From the NCBI RefSeq assembly GCF_001465295.1, contig NZ_CP011034.1, positions 3,060,001 through 3,092,000 on the forward strand: a stretch of 32,000 nucleotides of DNA, written 5' to 3'. The position numbers and the translations under genes were made by a program. The stretch comes from Pseudoalteromonas translucida KMM 520. Lineage in GTDB: Bacteria > Pseudomonadota > Gammaproteobacteria > Enterobacterales > Alteromonadaceae. The notes beneath the pieces are model-generated. The model made no database searches. It saw nothing but the letters and a program-made list of their open reading frames with translations, and was not told the origin of the DNA. This document shows, piece by piece, positions 27,250-32,000 of this stretch (positions within the stretch are counted from its first letter, which is position 1; each line of letters begins with the position of its first letter).

Positions 27250-27263
27250 CTTGTATATACAAG
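27250..27263. promoter_or_regulatory. HutC operator (perfect 14-bp palindrome CTTGTATATACAAG)
   Basis: It lies in the 120-bp divergent region between hutI and hutC-hutU-hutH. It contains the TGTA-N2-TACA core that I recall being reported for HutC (GntR family) operators in Pseudomonas. The sequence is its own reverse complement. Confidence 0.75.
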
Positions 27264-27316
27264 GTAATTATGCCATCTTAATCTTATAGTTTATTTTTAA
27301 TACAATTAAATACACC

Positions 27317-28030
27317 ATGACAACGCCTAAGTTTGCACAAATAAAACAGTTTATAGTTGATAAAATTAGCAGTGCTACATGGCAAGAAAACCAGCGTGTA
27401 CCTTCTGAAAACGAGCTAAGCAATCAATTTTCTGTAAGCCGTATGACCGCTCGGCGCGCATTAAGCGAGCTAACTGAGGCGGGAATTTTAACTCGCAGCC
27501 AAGGGTTAGGCACCTTTGTTGCTAGCTTTAAATCGCAGTCGTCATTACTTGAAATTAAAAATATTGCCGATGAAGTAAAAGAACGTAATGGTAATTATAG
27601 CTGTACGGTATTGGCGCTTGAGTCGTTACCCGCAATCACTAGCATTGCCATTGCACTGGGTATTAAAGTTAACAGCACTGTGTATCGCAGTGTATTACTG
27701 CATAACGAAAATGCCAAACCACTACAAGTAGAGGAGCGCTTTGTAAACCCCGCTTTTGCCACGCAGTACTTACAACAAAACTTTACGCTACTTACTCCAC
27801 ATGAATACTTATCGAATGTAGCCCCGCTTACCCAAGCGACGCATACGGTGGAAGCCATTATGCCCAATAAACAAATGTGCCAGTGGCTTAACTTATCAAG
27901 TCAAGAACCTTGCCTGCAACTCATTCGCCGTACTTGGTCAAGTAACGGCATTGTGAGTTATGCCCGGCTTATTTCACCAGGAAGTAAGTATCGTTTAGGT
28001 GGTCACTTAACTTTTAAAAATAATAATTAA
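27317..28030 (+). CDS. hutC: histidine utilisation repressor HutC (GntR/HutC family)
   Basis: 237 aa with an N-terminal GntR winged helix-turn-helix ([40 protein letters not shown]). The C-terminal part is a UTRA-type effector domain. It is the first gene of hutCUH, next to the operator. Confidence 0.9.
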   Translation: MTTPKFAQIKQFIVDKISSATWQENQRVPSENELSNQFSVSRMTARRALSELTEAGILTRSQGLGTFVASFKSQSSLLEIKNIADEVKERNGNYSCTVLALESLPAITSIAIALGIKVNSTVYRSVLLHNENAKPLQVEERFVNPAFATQYLQQNFTLLTPHEYLSNVAPLTQATHTVEAIMPNKQMCQWLNLSSQEPCLQLIRRTWSSNGIVSYARLISPGSKYRLGGHLTFKNNN

Positions 28031-28050
28031 AAACTACAACAGGAGTAAAT

Positions 28051-29724
28051 ATGAACAATCGACTCGACAACAGCCGCACAATACGCGCCCCTCACGGCGA
28101 TAAAATTAGCGCTAAAAGTTGGCAAACCGAAGCGGCTAAACGCATGTTAATGAATAACTTAGACCCTGACGTTGCAGAGCATCCCCATGCATTGGTTGTT
28201 TATGGCGGCATTGGTCGCGCTGCACGTGACTGGCCAAGTTACGACAAAATTATTGCAACCCTCGATAGACTCGAAGATGACGAAACGCTACTCGTACAAT
28301 CGGGTAAACCTGTAGGGGTATTTAAAACCCACAGTAATGCGCCGCGAGTACTCATAGCTAATTCTAACTTGGTACCGCACTGGGCTAATTGGGAGCACTT
28401 TAACGAGCTCGATAAAAAGGGCTTGATGATGTACGGGCAAATGACCGCGGGATCTTGGATTTACATTGGCTCACAAGGCATAGTACAAGGCACTTACGAA
28501 ACCTTTGTGGCCATGGCTAAACAACATTTTGCTGGCAGCGCTAAAGGTAAATGGGTATTAACTGGCGGGCTTGGTGGCATGGGCGGCGCACAACCTCTTG
28601 CTGCAACTATGGCAGGCTTTTGTGCATTAGTGGTGGAATGCGATGAAACCCGTATCGATTTTAGAATAAAAACCGGTTACGTAGATATTAAAGCCAACAA
28701 CCTTGAACACGCGCTACAACTTATAACTAATGCGTGCGTAAAAGGTGACGCCCTTTCGGTCGGGTTACTTGGTAATGCCGCCGATGTGTTTAGCACTTTA
28801 GTTAAAAGTGGCGTTACTCCCGATGTGGTCACCGATCAAACCTCAGCGCACGATCCGCTAAATGGCTATTTACCACAAGGCTGGAGCATGGCACATGCAG
28901 CTAAAATGCGCGAACAAGACCCAAAATCGGTTGTAACAGCGGCTAAGCAATCAATGGCTGTACAAGTAAGAGCTATGCTCGCGCTGCAACAAGCAGGCGC
29001 TGCTACCACTGATTATGGCAATAATATTCGGCAAATGGCATTTGATGAAGGGGTAAGTAACGCGTTTGATTTCCCAGGGTTTGTACCTGCGTATATTCGC
29101 CCTTTATTTTGCGAAGGCATTGGCCCATTTAGATGGGTGGCACTGTCGGGCGACCCCGAAGATATTTATAAAACCGATGCCAAAGTTAAAGAGCTAATCC
29201 CCGATGACGCACACTTACATAACTGGCTTGATATGGCGCGTGAACGCATTCAGTTTCAAGGCTTACCGGCGCGTATTTGCTGGGTAGGATTAAAAGACAG
29301 AGCCCGTCTTGCGCTCGCTTTTAACGACATGGTTAAAAATGGCGAGCTTAAAGCCCCAGTTGTTATTGGTCGCGACCACCTCGACTCTGGCTCGGTTGCT
29401 AGCCCTAACCGCGAAACAGAAAGTATGAAAGATGGCTCTGATGCGGTATCTGATTGGCCATTACTCAATGCACTCCTTAACACTGCCAGTGGTGCTACTT
29501 GGGTATCGCTACACCACGGCGGCGGTGTAGGTATGGGCTTTAGCCAACATGCCGGCGTAGTTATTGTGGCTGATGGCAGCGACGAAGCAAAACAGCGTAT
29601 TGCCCGCGTATTGTGGAACGACCCCGCTACTGGGGTTATGCGCCACGCAGATGCAGGCTACGATATAGCAAAAAATTGTGCAAAAGAGCAAAACCTAGAC
29701 TTACCAATGTTAAACGAGGAATGA
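28051..29724 (+). CDS. hutU: urocanate hydratase
   Basis: 557 aa. An AGGAG Shine-Dalgarno lies 6 nt upstream. It has the urocanase-length NAD-binding segment [11 protein letters not shown] and conserved blocks ([36 protein letters not shown]). Confidence 0.97.
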   Translation: MNNRLDNSRTIRAPHGDKISAKSWQTEAAKRMLMNNLDPDVAEHPHALVVYGGIGRAARDWPSYDKIIATLDRLEDDETLLVQSGKPVGVFKTHSNAPRVLIANSNLVPHWANWEHFNELDKKGLMMYGQMTAGSWIYIGSQGIVQGTYETFVAMAKQHFAGSAKGKWVLTGGLGGMGGAQPLAATMAGFCALVVECDETRIDFRIKTGYVDIKANNLEHALQLITNACVKGDALSVGLLGNAADVFSTLVKSGVTPDVVTDQTSAHDPLNGYLPQGWSMAHAAKMREQDPKSVVTAAKQSMAVQVRAMLALQQAGAATTDYGNNIRQMAFDEGVSNAFDFPGFVPAYIRPLFCEGIGPFRWVALSGDPEDIYKTDAKVKELIPDDAHLHNWLDMARERIQFQGLPARICWVGLKDRARLALAFNDMVKNGELKAPVVIGRDHLDSGSVASPNRETESMKDGSDAVSDWPLLNALLNTASGATWVSLHHGGGVGMGFSQHAGVVIVADGSDEAKQRIARVLWNDPATGVMRHADAGYDIAKNCAKEQNLDLPMLNEE

Positions 29725-29726
29725 TC

Positions 29727-31259
29727 ATGCTTGAACTTACTCTCACCCCCGGATCGCTTGATTTAAACGCGCTAAGAAAAATTAATAATTCACCAGTAAA
29801 ATTAAGCCTTATAAAGCATGCCGAGTCACAAATAGCTGCCAGCGCACAAACAGTGCAAAACGTAATTAACGAGCACCGCACTGTATATGGTATTAATACC
29901 GGTTTTGGCTTATTAGCTAACACCAAAATTGCCGATAGCGAACTAGAGCTATTACAACGCTCTATTGTGCTTTCGCATGCGGCAGGTATTGGCGAGTATA
30001 TGGATGACAGTACCGTACGCTTAATGATCATCTTAAAAATTAATTCACTGTCGCGTGGTTATTCTGGTATTCGTTTGCAGGTCATTGAATTTTTTATCCA
30101 GCTGCTTAATAGCCAAGTGTACCCTTGCGTGCCTAAAAAAGGCTCAGTGGGCGCATCGGGCGACTTAGCACCGCTTGCTCATATGTGCTTACCGTTACTA
30201 GCCGAAGGCCACATGCGCCACCAAGGGCAAATAATCAGTGCCGAACAAGGACTTAAAATTGCGGGGCTAAAACCACTTACCTTAGCCGCTAAAGAAGGCT
30301 TAGCCCTTTTAAACGGCACTCAAGCCTCTACTGCTTTTGCATTACAAGGGCTATTTAGAGCAGAAGATTTATACGCACAAAGCTGCGTAATTGGCGCTAT
30401 GAGTATTGAAGCGGCCATGGGCAGCAGAGCACCATTTGATGCGCGCATTCATGAAATTCGAGGTCAACAAGGGCAAATAGATACAGCGGCCATATTTAGG
30501 GCCTTGCTAGGTCCACAATCACAAATTAGTGAATCTCACGTAAATTGCGAAAAAGTACAAGATCCCTACTCTTTACGCTGTCAGCCACAAGTGCTTGGTG
30601 CTTGCTTAACCCAAATTCGCCAGGCGGCAGAAGTTTTATTATGTGAGTCTAACGGCGTAACCGACAACCCGCTGGTATTTGCCGATGTGGGTGATATTAT
30701 TTCTGGCGGTAACTTTCATGCCGAGCCGGTGGCAATGGCCGCCGATAACTTAGCTATTGCCATTGCTGAAATTGGCGCACTTGCGGAGCGCCGAATTGCT
30801 TTACTAATTGACTCTAGCCTATCTAAATTGCCACCTTTTTTAGTTGAAAATGGCGGCGTAAACTCAGGTTTTATGATCGCCCAAGTAACTGCCGCAGCGC
30901 TGGCATCTGAAAACAAATCACTTGCTCACCCAGCTTCTGTAGATAGTTTGCCTACCTCGGCGAATCAAGAAGATCATGTGTCTATGGCCACTTTTGCGGC
31001 AAGGCGCTTGAAGGAAATGGCCGACAACACCCAAGGCGTACTTGCTGTTGAATGGTTAGCGGCCGCGCAGGGGTTAGAGTTTAGAAAGCCGCTTACAGCA
31101 GCTGCTAAAGTAGAACGTGCGAAAAGCTTACTGCGCGAGCATGTAAGCTACTACGATAAAGACCGTTACTTTGCCCCCGATATTGAAGCAGCAAATGCGT
31201 TATTAAACGCAGGCACGTTATGCAACTTTATTGAGGGTAACTGCTTAGTCTCTTATTAA
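29727..31259 (+). CDS. hutH: histidine ammonia-lyase
   Basis: I place the start at the ATG at 29727 ([10 protein letters not shown]...), with a GAGGA Shine-Dalgarno 6 nt upstream, giving 510 aa. The MIO-forming motif [14 protein letters not shown] is present. The ORF-track start at 29613 would overlap hutU by 112 nt and is rejected. Confidence 0.95.
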   Translation: MLELTLTPGSLDLNALRKINNSPVKLSLIKHAESQIAASAQTVQNVINEHRTVYGINTGFGLLANTKIADSELELLQRSIVLSHAAGIGEYMDDSTVRLMIILKINSLSRGYSGIRLQVIEFFIQLLNSQVYPCVPKKGSVGASGDLAPLAHMCLPLLAEGHMRHQGQIISAEQGLKIAGLKPLTLAAKEGLALLNGTQASTAFALQGLFRAEDLYAQSCVIGAMSIEAAMGSRAPFDARIHEIRGQQGQIDTAAIFRALLGPQSQISESHVNCEKVQDPYSLRCQPQVLGACLTQIRQAAEVLLCESNGVTDNPLVFADVGDIISGGNFHAEPVAMAADNLAIAIAEIGALAERRIALLIDSSLSKLPPFLVENGGVNSGFMIAQVTAAALASENKSLAHPASVDSLPTSANQEDHVSMATFAARRLKEMADNTQGVLAVEWLAAAQGLEFRKPLTAAAKVERAKSLLREHVSYYDKDRYFAPDIEAANALLNAGTLCNFIEGNCLVSY

Positions 31260-32000
31260 ATTGCGTATTGGTAACTAAACCCTAATGCCTCAATGGCTGA
31301 GCCTAGCACTTTGCGCTCAGCCGTATCTGCCCCCGTAAAGCGTGGCATTTCGCCGCCATGTTGTTGGCATTTTTGCGCATAGTAATCGCGCTTACAAGGA
31401 TGCGCCGGATTAACTACATTATAAATGCTCTGCCCTTGATGCCAATGCTCAAGCACCGCAAAAATAGCGTTAATCACGTCTTGCTGATGCACCATATTAA
31501 CGACTTGCTCGGCAGAGGTATTTAGCTCTTTTCCTGCAATAAAGCGCCCAGGCTCTCTATTGGGCCCAACTAAACCAGCTAAGCGTAGCACTTTACCGTT
31601 TTGCTCTAGTACTTGCTCTTCAGCTTCATATAGTTTTATTTGTCGCTCGTTTGTACACGAAATATCGCTGCTTTCGCTATATACACCTGGCTCTTGATCG
31701 TACACTCCCGTTGATGAGCAAAGTAAAAAGCCTTTAGCATTCAATTTTTTTGCCAGCGTAAGTGCCGCCGTTAATGTTTGCGCATAATTACTTTCACTGT
31801 GGCGACTACGTGGAGGAATAGCGTACACCCAGTAGGCATTTTGTAAATCAATTTGATGCGTTAACTGGCCATTTTCTAGCAAAAACTGGCGTTCAAAATC
31901 ATGTTCATGCACTGCTGAGCGGTGTGTACCCTGCACTTGCCAACCTGCTTGCTGTGCATTAACGCATAAAGCACTGCCTAGCCAACCCGCGCCTAGTACC
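31256..32000 (-). CDS. NAD(P)-binding Rossmann-fold protein, extended-SDR/epimerase-like (YeeZ-like), N-terminus just beyond the window end
   Basis: The reading frame stays open upstream of the ORF-track GTG at 31936, all the way to nt 32000. There it reads [11 protein letters not shown], a GxGxxG dinucleotide-binding motif. Downstream motifs SSTGVY and [15 protein letters not shown] resemble NAD-dependent epimerase/YeeZ-type proteins. The stop overlaps the hutH stop by 4 nt. Confidence 0.65.
   Translation of the reverse strand, partial: VLGAGWLGSALCVNAQQAGWQVQGTHRSAVHEHDFERQFLLENGQLTHQIDLQNAYWVYAIPPRSRHSESNYAQTLTAALTLAKKLNAKGFLLCSSTGVYDQEPGVYSESSDISCTNERQIKLYEAEEQVLEQNGKVLRLAGLVGPNREPGRFIAGKELNTSAEQVVNMVHQQDVINAIFAVLEHWHQGQSIYNVVNPAHPCKRDYYAQKCQQHGGEMPRFTGADTAERKVLGSAIEALGFSYQYAI

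Noticed and set aside
27197-27262. A 22-residue N-terminal extension of hutI starting at a TTG.
   Set aside because: The TTG lies inside the HutC operator palindrome. The extension ([22 protein letters not shown]) has no counterpart in imidazolonepropionases as I know them. The ATG at 27196 gives a normal length.
29613-29726. An N-terminal extension of hutH in the ORF track ([38 protein letters not shown]), overlapping the 3' end of hutU.
   Set aside because: It would overlap hutU by 112 nt, it is Arg-rich shadow-frame sequence, and the ATG at 29727 has a well-spaced GAGGA and gives a canonical-length HutH of about 510 aa.
1-32000. A whole-window scan for CRISPR repeats, tRNA or rRNA, IS elements or terminal inverted repeats, integrases, phage genes, toxin-antitoxin pairs and defence-system signatures.
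   Set aside because: None was found. All ORFs of 100 aa or more that are not shadow frames correspond to recognisable housekeeping, pilus, chemotaxis, signalling or hut genes. By eye, base composition looks uniform across the window, with no island-like discontinuity.

Overview
This window looks like an ordinary, densely packed core chromosomal segment of an AT-rich gammaproteobacterium. Gene order and protein sequences suggest Alteromonadales, possibly Pseudoalteromonas; that is a guess made by eye and cannot be verified here. I count 27 protein-coding genes. In order they are: aroB (5' end only) and aroK; the type IV pilus assembly operon pilMNOPQ; divergent mrcA (PBP1A); metL-metB with divergent metJ and a MetJ operator; a short-form malic enzyme; rpmE; priA-ftsN-hslV-hslU; a DUF971 protein; a methyl-accepting chemotaxis protein; rraA followed by an arginase-family (hutG-like) gene; a membrane GGDEF/EAL protein; hutI; divergent hutC-hutU-hutH; and a partial Rossmann-fold (YeeZ-like) gene. 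The block metL-metB/metJ, rpmE/priA, ftsN, hslVU, rraA follows the classical E. coli 89-min synteny. I found no rRNA, tRNA, CRISPR array, IS or transposase, integrase, phage gene or recognisable defence or toxin-antitoxin gene, and no frameshifted pseudogene. I therefore do not see a clear novel multi-gene system. The most unusual feature is a membrane protein with degenerate GGDEF and EAL domains wedged inside the histidine-utilisation (hut) locus. It appears to be co-transcribed with hutI behind a perfect HutC-type palindromic operator. Smaller observations are: the rraA/hutG-like junction, TTAA tail-to-tail stop overlaps on both flanks of the hut block, an orphan consensus Shine-Dalgarno with a mini-ORF ahead of rraA, a heptad duplication in the chemoreceptor, two long noncoding spacers, and four N-terminal over-extensions in the ORF track. 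All functional calls come from manual reading and remembered family motifs. No database search was run.
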